From positions 416,001 through 480,000 of the forward strand of contig CALUHR010000013.1 of the NCBI GenBank assembly GCA_944320495.1: a DNA stretch of 64,000 nucleotides, written 5' to 3'. The position numbers and the translations under genes were made by a program. Origin of the DNA: Candidatus Methanomethylophilaceae archaeon. Its GTDB lineage: Archaea; Thermoplasmatota; Thermoplasmata; Methanomassiliicoccales; Methanomethylophilaceae. The notes under the pieces were generated by a model that was not told the origin of the DNA, searched no databases, and was given only the letters and a program-made list of their open reading frames with translations. This document shows positions 20,801-30,693 of the stretch, in pieces (the stretch's first letter is position 1; each line of letters starts with the position of its first letter).

Positions 20801-21913
20801 TTGGAGTCCAGGAAGGACCTGCTCGGCGAGGTCGGCCGCGTGGTCATCAAGATAGGGTCCTCGTCGATCATGAGGAACCAGACTTCCATCTCGAGGGACT
20901 TCATGGACTCCGTGGCGGAGCAGGTCGCCCGTCTCAGGGAGATGGGCATGGAGGTGCTCATCGTCTCGTCCGGTGCGATAGCGATCGGCCTCAAGGCGAT
21001 GAAGGTCAAGCCCAAGCCCAACGAGATACCCATAAGGCAGGCCGCATCGGCGGTCGGCCAGAGCATCCTGATGAAGGAGTGGGGCGAGTGCTTCCAGCGC
21101 CACGGGATGCTCGTCGGCCAGGTCCTCATGACCCTGGACAACTACTCCGACCGCACCGAGGCGGTCAACATGAACAACACCATCGAGTCGCTCCTGAAGA
21201 ACGGCGTGGTGCCGATCTTCAACGAGAACGACGCGGTGTGCATCAGCGAGATCAAATTCGGGGACAACGACACCCTCTCCGCGATAGTTGCGAGCAGGAC
21301 CGACGCGGACCTGCTGGTGATCCTATCGGATGTCGCGGGCCTCTACACCGGCGATCCCACATCCGACCCTTACGCCAGGCTGGTGCCGGTGGTCTGGAAC
21401 ATCGAGGACGTCCGTCATATGGCCGGGGACTCCGTCTCCGGCGTGGGCACCGGCGGCATGAAGACCAAGCTCAGCGCCGCCCAGGTCTGTCACGATGCGG
21501 AGTGCGGGATGATCATCGCCCTCAGCAGGGAGGACCAGGTCATCTACAGGGCATGCACCGGCGAGGACATCGGCACGATCTTCGTGGCCGACAAGGGCAT
21601 CTCGAAGAAGCGCCGCTGGATAAAGTCCGCCCACCCGTCCGGTCGCATAATCATCGACGAGGGGGCCGGGAGGGCCGTGGCCGCCCACAAGTCGCTGCTC
21701 CCTGTGGGCATCCGCGATGTGGAGGGCCGTTTCAACAAGGGCGACGTCGTGGACATCGTCTGCAACGGTGTCGTCGTCGCCAAGGGCATCATCGGATACG
21801 ATTCGACGGACCTGAAGATGATCAAGGGCAAGCACAGCGACGAGATCGAGTTCATCCTCGGCTACAAGGCCCACGACGATGCCGTGATCTCGGAGAACAT
21901 CGCGCTGATATGA
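20801..21913 (+). CDS. proB: glutamate 5-kinase with PUA domain
   Basis: VVIKIGSS, VSSGAIA, PIFNENDAV, FGDNDTLSA and GTGGMKTK motifs plus a C-terminal PUA domain; TTG start abuts the proA stop. Confidence 0.96.
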   Translation: MESRKDLLGEVGRVVIKIGSSSIMRNQTSISRDFMDSVAEQVARLREMGMEVLIVSSGAIAIGLKAMKVKPKPNEIPIRQAASAVGQSILMKEWGECFQRHGMLVGQVLMTLDNYSDRTEAVNMNNTIESLLKNGVVPIFNENDAVCISEIKFGDNDTLSAIVASRTDADLLVILSDVAGLYTGDPTSDPYARLVPVVWNIEDVRHMAGDSVSGVGTGGMKTKLSAAQVCHDAECGMIIALSREDQVIYRACTGEDIGTIFVADKGISKKRRWIKSAHPSGRIIIDEGAGRAVAAHKSLLPVGIRDVEGRFNKGDVVDIVCNGVVVAKGIIGYDSTDLKMIKGKHSDEIEFILGYKAHDDAVISENIALI

Positions 21914-21960
21914 ACCGGTCGCGGCCCACCGGGGTCGCGACCGGTGCTCTCTCTCTCTCG
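21914..21960. terminator. inverted repeat plus (TC)n tract between convergent genes
   Basis: accggtcgcg...cgcgaccggt, 10-bp arms (21914-21945), followed by a ctctctctctc tract. Confidence 0.55.
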
Positions 21961-21964
21961 GATC

Positions 21965-22291
21965 TCGCTCGGGAAGGCGCTCGATCCTGAAGATGACGGG
22001 TCTCGTCCCGTCGTTGCAGCAGGCGATCATGACGCCGTCGTCCCTGTTCCACCCGTCCATGATGGCTCCGCCGTTCATGGCGGCGTAGACGTACCTGCTG
22101 ATGCAGCTCCATGCCTCCGAGCAGAACCTCCCGTGCATCAGATGACGCCATTCGTCGGGGGTGACGATGAACTCGTCGCCCGGGTGGAATAGCGAGCACG
22201 GCCCCGTCTCGGGGTTCGACAGATACTCCTTCTGGAGGTCATCGTAGCATCTGCATTCGAGGACGGTGATCCTCACGTTGTGCATCGTCAT
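21965..22291 (-). CDS. TIGR04076-family protein, copy B (108 aa, CGA-terminated)
   Basis: Paralog of the adjacent copy (CSEAWSCISRYVY, ACCNDGTRPVIFRIERL). ATGA overlap with copy A; the first in-frame CGA follows RIERLPE, just before the terminator. Confidence 0.8.
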
Positions 22292-22641
22292 TCCGACTCC
22301 TCCTCGTCGAGCCTCTCTATCCTGAATATCACCGGTCTCGTCCCGTCGTTGCAGCAGGCGATGAACTGCCTGTCGTCCCTGGACCAGCCCGTCATCGGCG
22401 ACCCGCCGTGTAGCGCCGTGTAGACGTACCTGCTGATGCAGTCCCACGCCTCGGCGCACGGGAAGTTCCCTCCGAGCATGTGCCAGAAGTCCTCCCTGCT
22501 GCCGTCGTTCCATGAGAAGACGAACTCCTGCCCCACATCGAAGAACGGGCACGGCCCCGCCTTCGGATCCATGAGGTATTGCTCCTGCAGCCTCTCGTCG
22601 CACTCCTTGCGGAGTACGGTGACCTTGCATCTGTGCTCCAT
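22288..22641 (-). CDS. TIGR04076-family protein, copy A (117 aa)
   Basis: KVTVLRKEC, GPCPFF, CAEAWDCISRYVY and ACCNDGTRPVIFRIER motifs. Confidence 0.85.
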   Translation of the reverse strand: MEHRCKVTVLRKECDERLQEQYLMDPKAGPCPFFDVGQEFVFSWNDGSREDFWHMLGGNFPCAEAWDCISRYVYTALHGGSPMTGWSRDDRQFIACCNDGTRPVIFRIERLDEEESE

Positions 22642-22693
22642 CGGTCGTTTCCCTCCGTACGGAGCCATCTCCGTCCGGGGTTATAATCCTGAT

Positions 22694-22723
22694 AAAAAGG
22701 TCCCTCCCCTCGGCGAGGGGAGG
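22694..22723 (-). terminator. hairpin plus T-tract after the alanine symporter
   Basis: cctcccctcg-g-cgaggggagg, 10-bp arms followed on the minus strand by a run of 5 T. Confidence 0.6.
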
Positions 22724-22742
22724 TAAGGGGTTTACGGGGGGA

Positions 22743-24194
22743 TCACTCCCACTCGGTGATCTTGGCGTTCTTCTCGTCTATGAGGTCCTGCACGACGGAG
22801 CGGTGGAACACCGGGTCCTCGATGCCCGCGTCCTCCTGCTCGCGCCAGTCCTTGTAGGCGCGGAAGACGAACTTGCTCAGGTAGAACACGACGATCATGT
22901 TCACGGCGCCCATCGCGGCCATGAACGTGTCGCAGATGGTCTCCATCTGCCCGGTGCTGATGACGCACGAGAGGAAGGCGACCGCGATGACCAGGATGCG
23001 GACCGCGAAGATGAAGCCCTTCTTGTCGGAGATGAACCTGACGTTGGACTCGCTCATCGTGTAGTACCCGATCAGGCTGGTGAACGCGAAGATCAGCATG
23101 AAGAACGAGATGATGATCCCGCCGATCTCCCCTCCGAGGGTGGAGTTGACGATGGCCTGCACGAGCTGGGCGTTACCGATGTTGTCGGCCTGGGTCGGGT
23201 TGATGGCGGTGATGTCGCCGTAGGACCCGAAGGACAGGATGACGAAGGCGGTGAACGAGCAGACGACGAGGGTGTCGACGATGGTGCCGAAGGACTGGAT
23301 CATGCCCTGCTTGATGGGGTGCTTGACGTCCGCGGTTCCGGCGATGTTGGCGATGGAACCGAGACCCGCCTCGTTGGAGAAGACGCCGCGCTTGAGGCCC
23401 ATCATCATGACGGCTCCGAGCGCTCCCCCTCCGACGGACTGGATACCGAAGGCGTTCTTGAAGATCATCTCCACGGCGTGGACGACGCCGTCGATGTTCA
23501 TGACGATGACCACGATGCAGAAGACGAACCAGAGGAGGGCCATGACGGGCACGACCTTGGTGGAGAACTGGGCGATCCTCTTGACGCCGCCGAAGATGAT
23601 GACGGCGGCGGCGATGGCGATGATCGCCCCGAAGATCAGCATGTTGTTCTCGAACTCGAACGCTCCGGCGAGGGCGGCCGCGGAGTTGGTGGCCTGGACG
23701 CCGACGAATCCGATCCCGAAGGTGACGATGATCAGAACGGCCAGCAGAACCGCGAGAGGGCGGCTGCCGACGCCCTTGAGGGCGTAGTAGGCGGGGCCGC
23801 TGTGGTACTGGCCGTCGGACTTCTTCTCCTTGAACAGCTGGGAGAGGGTGGACTCCATGAAGCTGCTCGCGGAGCCGATGATGGCGAATATCCACATCCA
23901 GAAGACCGCTCCCGGTCCTCCGACGATGATGGCGCTGGCGACTCCGGCGATGTTACCGACGCCGACGCGGGCGCCCAATCCGATGCAGAAGGCCTCGAAG
24001 GACGAGACCGTGTGGCTGTGCTTGCCCTCTTTCGTCCCGGAGAGCGCAAGACGGGATGTCTTGTGGATCCTCAGGATCGGAAGGCCCTTCAGCCTGATCA
24101 TGAAGTATATGCCGAGACCGACGAGGAACACGAACGCGACGTACCACACGTAGGTGTTGGCTGTCCCGATGGCTGCGGCGAAATCAATAGCCAT
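22743..24194 (-). CDS. alsT: alanine/glycine:cation symporter (AGCS family)
   Basis: RVGVGNIAGVA, GGPGAVFWMW and GLKRGVFSNEAGLGS motifs; multi-TM. Confidence 0.93.
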   Translation of the reverse strand: MAIDFAAAIGTANTYVWYVAFVFLVGLGIYFMIRLKGLPILRIHKTSRLALSGTKEGKHSHTVSSFEAFCIGLGARVGVGNIAGVASAIIVGGPGAVFWMWIFAIIGSASSFMESTLSQLFKEKKSDGQYHSGPAYYALKGVGSRPLAVLLAVLIIVTFGIGFVGVQATNSAAALAGAFEFENNMLIFGAIIAIAAAVIIFGGVKRIAQFSTKVVPVMALLWFVFCIVVIVMNIDGVVHAVEMIFKNAFGIQSVGGGALGAVMMMGLKRGVFSNEAGLGSIANIAGTADVKHPIKQGMIQSFGTIVDTLVVCSFTAFVILSFGSYGDITAINPTQADNIGNAQLVQAIVNSTLGGEIGGIIISFFMLIFAFTSLIGYYTMSESNVRFISDKKGFIFAVRILVIAVAFLSCVISTGQMETICDTFMAAMGAVNMIVVFYLSKFVFRAYKDWREQEDAGIEDPVFHRSVVQDLIDEKNAKITEWE

Positions 24195-24435
24195 GGTATC
24201 AAATCCCCGGGGACCGTCCGAAGGCGGTCGTACCCGATTCAGAAGCCGGTATGACGTGCTCTGTCATGGCATACCACTCGGGGCGCGATGATCCATTACC
24301 CGTCGAATCCAGCATGCGCGCGCATGCCTTTGATGTTTATAAAAAAGTTATGGGGACGCCACAATTGTCTTGAAGATTGATGGATAATTAGACATTTGTC
24401 GAGGAGAACCTCATACAAACATTTGGTCCAGAAGA

Positions 24436-24511
24436 TGGTGGGCCCGGCCGGAATCGAACCGGCGATCTCCGCCATGTCAAGGCGACGTCATAACCCCTAG
24501 ACCACGAGCCC
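24436..24511 (-). tRNA. tRNA-Val (anticodon GAC), CCA encoded
   Basis: GGGCTCG acceptor stem, TCGCC-TTGACAT-GGCGG anticodon arm, GGTTCGATTCC T-arm, 3' CCA. Confidence 0.96.
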
Positions 24512-24646
24512 AGTGAACCGAGGATATACTTATGATAGATAAACATTACTGTCGGGTATATAAACTCCAGAATTGGACGACATCTCCGAAGGCCTCCTCG
24601 GACAGAACAACCCTATATCTGGACCCCGTTCCGGTGGCGAAGACCG

Positions 24647-25627
24647 ATGCTGACTCTAGGGATCGAAGGGACCGCACATACGTTGGGCGTTGGGATAGTT
24701 GACTCCGAGTGCAACGTCCTCGCCAACGAGATCGACATGTTCCGCCCTCCTCAGGGCGGGCTGCACCCCCGTGAGGCCGCCAACCATCACGCCGAGGTGG
24801 CAGCGAAGACGATCTCCGCCGCGCTGGACCACGCCGGCGTGGATCCTTCGGACATAGGTCTCGTGTCGTTCTCCATGGGACCAGGCCTCGGACCCTGCCT
24901 CAGGGTGGCGGCCACCGCCGCCAGGGCGTTCGCCTGCACCCTCGGCGTTCCGATCGTCGGCGTCAACCACTGCATCGCCCACATCGAGATCGGACGCGCG
25001 CTCACCGGCTGTACCGACCCCGCTCTGCTCTACGCCTCTGGCGGGAACACGCAGGTCATCGCCTACGCGGAGGGCAGGTACAGGATATTCGGGGAGACGC
25101 AGGACATAGGCATCGGGAACATGCTGGACAAGCTCGGCAGGGACCTCGGCATGGGGTTCTACGCCGGGCCGATGTTCGAGAAGCTCGCCCGTGAGGGCAC
25201 GAGGTACCACGAGCTCCCCTACTCGGTGAAGGGCATGGACGTCGCGTTCTCCGGTATGATAACCGCCGCGGTCTCGCTATACAAGAAGGGGGTCCCGCTG
25301 GAGGACATAGCTCTCTCGGTGCAGGAAACCGCGTTCGCCATGCTGACCGAGGTCACGGAGCGTGCCATGGCCCACATTGGGAAGAGGGAGGTCCTCCTCG
25401 GGGGCGGCGTGGCGCAGAACGGGCGTCTCAGGGACATGGTCGAGGACATGGCCCACGCCCGCGGGGCGGAGATGTTCGTCCCGGACAGGCAGTTCTGCAG
25501 GGACAACGGCGCGATGATTGCCTGGCTCGGCAGCGAGATGCACTCGTCCGGGGTCAGGATGTCCGTCATGGACACCGTCGTGCGCCAGAGGTTCAGGACC
25601 GACGAGGTCGATGTGACCTGGCGCTGA
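24647..25627 (+). CDS. kae1: tRNA N6-threonylcarbamoyltransferase Kae1 (stand-alone, no Bud32 fusion)
   Basis: LGIEGTAHT, GPGLGPCL, VNHCIAHIE, ASGGNTQ and DNGAMIAW motifs. Confidence 0.96.
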   Translation: MLTLGIEGTAHTLGVGIVDSECNVLANEIDMFRPPQGGLHPREAANHHAEVAAKTISAALDHAGVDPSDIGLVSFSMGPGLGPCLRVAATAARAFACTLGVPIVGVNHCIAHIEIGRALTGCTDPALLYASGGNTQVIAYAEGRYRIFGETQDIGIGNMLDKLGRDLGMGFYAGPMFEKLAREGTRYHELPYSVKGMDVAFSGMITAAVSLYKKGVPLEDIALSVQETAFAMLTEVTERAMAHIGKREVLLGGGVAQNGRLRDMVEDMAHARGAEMFVPDRQFCRDNGAMIAWLGSEMHSSGVRMSVMDTVVRQRFRTDEVDVTWR

Positions 25628-25636
25628 GAACGGTCC

Positions 25637-26986
25637 TCACTCCTTCTTCCCCTCGGCGAGCTGCCTCCCCAGGATGTCGTCGAGGTTCCTCAGGAACTGG
25701 TCCACCATGTCCTCGGGAACGGATCCTCCGGCCGCGATCCTGTGGCCGCCGCCCTCCCCTCCGACGGACGCGCACGCCTCGCGCATTGCCGCGGCGAGGT
25801 CTATGCCCCTCTCCAGCTGGGAGAACATCCCCCTGGAGGAGAGGTTCACCGGGTCGTTGGAGCGGTTCATGCCGATGGTCGGTTTCGTCGGATCGGCGAT
25901 GGACTGCATCGCGATGCCGCAGAGCATCCCCGTGTATCCGGAGTCGGTGGAGTCGAACCACTGGAAGTTGGTCATCTGTGTCAGACCGCGCCTATCGAGT
26001 TCGACCATTGCGGCCACGAGTCCCCTCGCGGCCTCCTCGTCGGTGTCGGAGGCGATCTTCAGGCACCTCTCGTCACCCATCCCGGCGGCGATGCCGGCGC
26101 CTCCGAGCCCGGAGCGTCCGCAGCTGTTGAGGAGGTTCGACAGATGCTCGGCATCCATCCTCCAATCCCTCAGCTCGTACCTGTCGCGGGCGACCTCCAT
26201 CATGGAGGACAGCTGGACGCCCTGCTCGGTGAGCCTGACGGCTATCAGCGACGCGAGCCTGCTGCGCTCGTCCTCGCTCAGATCCGAATAGGACTTGTCG
26301 TTGGGGATGCCAGCCTCCTTCATGAGTGCCGCGACCCCCTCCACGCTGCCGCTGACGCCGCGTATGTACGGGTCGGTGTCGAGGAACAGGCGGGTCATGA
26401 GATTGCCCGACGGGACCAGGGACCCCTGGGTCCTGGTGACGAACCCGCGCCTGGACCCTTCCTCGAAGAGGTAGGTGTTCAGGCCGGACAGTCCGTTGAT
26501 GTGCTGCCTGTCGCCGGCGATGCCGGCGAACGCGACCTGCACGAGGTCCCAGTTGCTCTCGTCCATGGCGACCGCGAACAGGAGGCTCATGGTGGCTCCG
26601 CACCCGGACGTCATGCCGTCGATGCCGTAGAGGTGGGGGTTCGCGTAGACGATCCTCTTCGCCTCGGAGATGACGGTGTGGTGGTCCAGGACGATGACCG
26701 GCGTGTCCATCTCGTCCAGCTGGTCGATGTAGGACGCACCCAGGTCGGATATGATGATGCAGTCCGCCTTGGTGGCGCGGATGGTCTTCATGTTGTTGTC
26801 GTTCAGCGTCGTGAACAGGGTGACCCTGAACTCCTTCCCCGCGCGGATGAGCGTCTTGGCGATGATCGCCGCGGAAGAAACGCCGTCCGCATCGTAGTGC
26901 GAGTAGACCTGGAAGAACCGGTGGCCGCGGACGACGTCCGCGGCTTTGGAAAGTGTGTTAAGAAGTTTTGGCGGAAGTTCGTCCAT
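25637..26986 (-). CDS. DHH/DHHA1 phosphoesterase (archaeal RecJ/GAN-like)
   Basis: HYDADG, ISDLG, LDHH and C-terminal GGGHRIAAG motifs; conserved neighbour of rps15. Confidence 0.9.
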   Translation of the reverse strand: MDELPPKLLNTLSKAADVVRGHRFFQVYSHYDADGVSSAAIIAKTLIRAGKEFRVTLFTTLNDNNMKTIRATKADCIIISDLGASYIDQLDEMDTPVIVLDHHTVISEAKRIVYANPHLYGIDGMTSGCGATMSLLFAVAMDESNWDLVQVAFAGIAGDRQHINGLSGLNTYLFEEGSRRGFVTRTQGSLVPSGNLMTRLFLDTDPYIRGVSGSVEGVAALMKEAGIPNDKSYSDLSEDERSRLASLIAVRLTEQGVQLSSMMEVARDRYELRDWRMDAEHLSNLLNSCGRSGLGGAGIAAGMGDERCLKIASDTDEEAARGLVAAMVELDRRGLTQMTNFQWFDSTDSGYTGMLCGIAMQSIADPTKPTIGMNRSNDPVNLSSRGMFSQLERGIDLAAAMREACASVGGEGGGHRIAAGGSVPEDMVDQFLRNLDDILGRQLAEGKKE

Positions 26987-26994
26987 AGGTGGAC

Positions 26995-27450
26995 TCACTT
27001 GAGCATGAGCTCCGCGTTGCTGAGAGAGTACTTCCAGTCTGCGGGAAGGGTTCCGATCCTCTTGTAGTAGCGCTCCAGCCTCCTGATCTTGGCCTCAATC
27101 ATGTTGAGACCCCTCTTGTTGGAGACGTCTCCCTTGTTGTCCCTGAGGTGGACGTTCAGGTCGATGGCGCGCCTCATGAGGTTGGCGAGGTCCTCGGGCA
27201 GGGAGCCCGCGACACCCTTCTCCTCCATGATCTGGGTGATGCTCTTGCCAGTGGCGAGCTTGACGTTGGGAACTCCGTACTGGTCCCTCAGGACGAGTCC
27301 GATCCTAGCGGAGATCATTCCGTCCTTGGCGAGTTTCACGACCAGGTCCTCGATCTCGGTGGCGTTGAGAGGAACCCAGGAGGGATTCTCGGAGATCATC
27401 GGGCGGGTGGAGCCCGACTTTCCCTTTCTTCTAGTGTGCATTCTTGCCAT
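26995..27450 (-). CDS. rps15: 30S ribosomal protein S15P/S13e
   Basis: MARMHTRRKGKSGS, IGLVLRDQYG and IEAKIRRLERYYK motifs. Confidence 0.98.
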   Translation of the reverse strand: MARMHTRRKGKSGSTRPMISENPSWVPLNATEIEDLVVKLAKDGMISARIGLVLRDQYGVPNVKLATGKSITQIMEEKGVAGSLPEDLANLMRRAIDLNVHLRDNKGDVSNKRGLNMIEAKIRRLERYYKRIGTLPADWKYSLSNAELMLK

Positions 27451-27627
27451 TTTTGATCCTCCGAATCATATGGCGGCGAGGCTGATTCTCGCGATGCGCG
27501 TGCTCTATATAAATGGTAGCATTGTCGTCGAGCATTTGATTATCAATATAGCAGCGTACCGAATCCGCAGGAGAATCCGAGACGATCGAACCGGGTCCAC
27601 ATCCGGACGCCAGGCGCCTCACCGGTA

Positions 27628-28005
27628 TCGAAGGGCCGATGGGGGAACCCGAGGGATGACGCGGTCCACCTCGTTCTTCGCCCATGGCACGGTGTCCAGA
27701 TACTCATCGCGGTCGAAGGACAGCTCGTCCGGCAGCTCCGAGAACAGGCGGGACTCCATCTCGCAGTCCTCCCTGACCTTCCTACCGAGGATCGCCGCGC
27801 ACACGTCGCAGTACCCGATGTCGCGGGTGGCCACAATCTCGATCTCGTACCCCGCCTCCTCCAGGAACTCCCTCGCGGCGGCCTGGGCGGAGGTCTCTCC
27901 CTCCTCGACGTGTCCGCCGGGCATCTCCCAGCCCTTCCTGCGCCTGTGCCAGACCATCAGGAACCTGTCGCCGTCGAAGGCCACGGCGTAGGCGGTCCTG
28001 CCCAT
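27628..28005 (-). CDS. NUDIX hydrolase (CGA at 27628-27630; TGA two codons later at 27619)
   Basis: GGHVEEGETSAQAAAREFLEEAG Nudix box. Confidence 0.9.
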
Positions 28006-28006
28006 G

Positions 28007-28660
28007 TCACGCCCTCCTGGCGACGATCATCCTGTGGTCCTTCTCGTAGGGTTCCAGGGACCTGGAGTCGACGATGCGGTAGCCCCTCTCGCGTATGCGG
28101 GCCTCCGCCTGCTCGAAGATCCTCTCGGGCGGGGCCGTCACGTCCTCGGACCTGGCCTTCACGGCGACCATCCCCCACTGCGCGTTGAACGCGTCCATGT
28201 TGTCGCAAAGGATGTCAGCCTGGTGCTTCTGGGCCACGTCCTGGTACACCGCGTCCACCCTCTCGGCGAACATGGCGTACTCCTCCGGCTTCGTGGCATC
28301 CCCCAGCACCGGCATCATCATGGGCCTGCCCTCGGAGTTCCGGACCAGCTCCCTGAACATCCTCGGCGCGAACTCCACGCAGACGACCCTCCCGTCGCGG
28401 ACGATGTCGGCCACGTGCGACGGCGTCGTTCCGCTGGACGCTCCGAGGTAGAGCACGGTGGACCCCCTGCCGAACGGGACGTCCCTCCCGCCCGCGGTCA
28501 GGTACGCGGACAGCTTGCTCCTGCGCGGGTCCCACTCGCGGTATTCCCTGCCGCCGGAGGAGACCAGCCTCTCGCCGTATACCCTGAATCCGGGCCGTGC
28601 CGATTCGGTGTACAGCCTGCCGCGGTCCTCGAAGACGCCATCCGGTCCCAAAGGTTGCAT
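28007..28660 (-). CDS. flpA: fibrillarin-like rRNA/tRNA 2'-O-methyltransferase
   Basis: YREWDPRRSKL, VLYLGASSGTTPSHVAD and YQDVAQ motifs. Confidence 0.96.
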   Translation of the reverse strand: MQPLGPDGVFEDRGRLYTESARPGFRVYGERLVSSGGREYREWDPRRSKLSAYLTAGGRDVPFGRGSTVLYLGASSGTTPSHVADIVRDGRVVCVEFAPRMFRELVRNSEGRPMMMPVLGDATKPEEYAMFAERVDAVYQDVAQKHQADILCDNMDAFNAQWGMVAVKARSEDVTAPPERIFEQAEARIRERGYRIVDSRSLEPYEKDHRMIVARRA

Positions 28661-28711
28661 GCCGCTTTCCAGGGCAACCACCTATTAAGGGATGGTGCCT
28701 ACGGCCCCCTC

Positions 28712-30322
28712 ATGATAACGATGCGGGACCTCGTGGCCATCGCCGACGCGGTCCAGGAGGCTGTCGACAGCATACCCAGTTCGGAGGAGCGGGGCAAGAA
28801 GGTGTGCATGGGCGCGGACGGGTCGTGCTCGTCCGAGGTGGACAAGGTCGCCGAGAACGCCGCCCTGATGTACATCGAGCGCGAGCATCTGCCGCTGAAC
28901 GTCCTGAGCGAGGAGATCGGCTACGTGGACAACGGCGGCGAGGAGGTCCTGGTCATGGACCCGGTCGACGGGACGTCCAACGCCATAGCCGGGCTGCCGC
29001 TGTACACCGTGTCCCTGGCCGTGGGCGCCTCGTGCCTGTCCGATGTGCGCCTGGCGTACATGAGGAACCTCGCCACCGGCGACGCCATGTGGGCGGAGAG
29101 GGGCAAGGGGGCGTTCAAGAACGGCGAGCCCATCCACGTCAGGCGCGCCGAGCTGGACGACATCTTCCTGATGATCTACGAGGGCAACGGGGCCCACCCG
29201 GATGCATTCTCCGTCGCCAAGGTCGTCCGCTCCTCCAGGTCGCTGGGCTGCACCTCCCTCGAGATGGGCATCGTCGCCGAGGGCCAGGCGGACGGCTACT
29301 TCATGAAGGCCGAGAAGTACACCCGCTCGGTCCGCGTGGTGGACATCGCCGCCAGCTCCCTCATCCTGAGGGAGGCGGGAGGGGAGGTCTACGACCTTGA
29401 CAACAACGTCCTCGACATGCCCTTCGACCTCGAGCACCGCTCCAACTTCCTCGCCGTGGGCGACCGGAGGATCTACGACATCATCGTCAGGCACAGGGTC
29501 AGCCACGTCCACAGGTACGGGGTGTACGCGAACGCGCATATAGGCAACATCCTGGACCCCGCCCGCAGGGTCATCGACGTGCTCAGGGAGGAGGGCGCCG
29601 ACTTCTGCGTAGACACCGAGATCGCCGATGCGCTGGGAGTCCCGGGCATACCCCTGTCCAGGATGGGCGCTGACATCGTGATCGTCGTCGGAGGGGACGG
29701 CACCATCCTCCGCGCGCTCCAGGCCACCGACGCCATAATCGTCGGCGTCAACGGCGGCAGCGTGGGGTTCCTCGCGGAGATCGAGACCGACGGCATCGAG
29801 GAGGGCATCAGGAGGCTACTGGCCGAGGACTACATCGTGGAGTCCAGGTTCAAGATCGCCACCTTCTACAACGGCGAGTACCTGAAGGACTCGGTGAACG
29901 AGGCCGTGGTGCACACCGACACGATCGCCAAGATCCGCCACTTCAGGGTGTACGTCGACGACGTGCTCGCCTCGGAGCTCAGATCCGACGGCGTCATAGT
30001 CTCCACCCCGACCGGGTCCACCTGCTACGCGATGTCCCTCGGTGCCCCGTACATGGATCCGAAGGTCGAGGCGATGATGGTGGTCCCGATGGCCGCCTAC
30101 AGGTTCAACTCCCGCCCGTTCGTGGTCCCCGCCACATCCAAGGTCACCGTAGAGAACGTCCTGGACAAGGGATGCATCATCGTGCTGGACGGACAGGAGG
30201 AGATCTACATGGAGGGAGGGTCCAAGGTCGAGTTCATGATGTCCGAGAGGAGGGCGAGGTTCGTCCGCTTCGACACCGACTTCTACTCCAGGGTCAAGGA
30301 CAAGCTGGTGAACTCCCTATGA
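28712..30322 (+). CDS. bifunctional inositol monophosphatase/NADP phosphatase - NAD kinase (MJ0917-type fusion)
   Basis: N-terminal SEE...MDPVDGTSNA and VDIAAS IMPase motifs; C-terminal GGDGT, GVNGGSVGFL, NEAVV and DGVIVSTPTGSTCY NAD kinase motifs. Confidence 0.92.
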   Translation: MITMRDLVAIADAVQEAVDSIPSSEERGKKVCMGADGSCSSEVDKVAENAALMYIEREHLPLNVLSEEIGYVDNGGEEVLVMDPVDGTSNAIAGLPLYTVSLAVGASCLSDVRLAYMRNLATGDAMWAERGKGAFKNGEPIHVRRAELDDIFLMIYEGNGAHPDAFSVAKVVRSSRSLGCTSLEMGIVAEGQADGYFMKAEKYTRSVRVVDIAASSLILREAGGEVYDLDNNVLDMPFDLEHRSNFLAVGDRRIYDIIVRHRVSHVHRYGVYANAHIGNILDPARRVIDVLREEGADFCVDTEIADALGVPGIPLSRMGADIVIVVGGDGTILRALQATDAIIVGVNGGSVGFLAEIETDGIEEGIRRLLAEDYIVESRFKIATFYNGEYLKDSVNEAVVHTDTIAKIRHFRVYVDDVLASELRSDGVIVSTPTGSTCYAMSLGAPYMDPKVEAMMVVPMAAYRFNSRPFVVPATSKVTVENVLDKGCIIVLDGQEEIYMEGGSKVEFMMSERRARFVRFDTDFYSRVKDKLVNSL

Positions 30323-30693
30323 CGAGGATACGCGGGGTGGACGTGGACTTCATAGACGCCTTCAACGAGGCGGCCCGTTCCACCTACCCCGACGAGTTCC
30401 TCTGCATGCACCGCGAGATCGACGGCATCATCAGCGAGATGGTCATGCTGCCAGGGACGGTGTACGGGGACTCGCACAGCTTCCTGAACCAGTGGATGGC
30501 CCCGATAGACTACAGTCTGGCGGGCTCCGCCCACTCGCACCCGGGGTACTCGAACGAGCCCTCTGATGCCGACAAGGACTTCTTCAGGAACACAGGGGGC
30601 ATCCACTTCATAACGTGTCAGCCATACGACAGGACCAGCTGGCGCGCCTATGACTCCTACGGGGAGCCGGTAGACATCGAGGTCATCTACCGA
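30319..30693 (+). CDS. JAMM/MPN+ metalloprotease (124 aa, CGA-terminated)
   Basis: PDEF...AHSHPGYSNEPSDAD JAMM motif. ATGA overlap with the upstream gene; the CGA at 30691-30693 abuts the stop of the convergent gene. Confidence 0.85.

Noticed and set aside
21948-21960. Slipped-strand frameshift in the (GA)n tract as the reason TIGR04076 copy B has no stop
   Set aside because: Neither alternative frame gives a nearby stop; the in-frame CGA upstream of the tract explains the end.
28712-30322. IMPase-NAD kinase fusion as a novelty
   Set aside because: This architecture is already known in methanogens (MJ0917 type).
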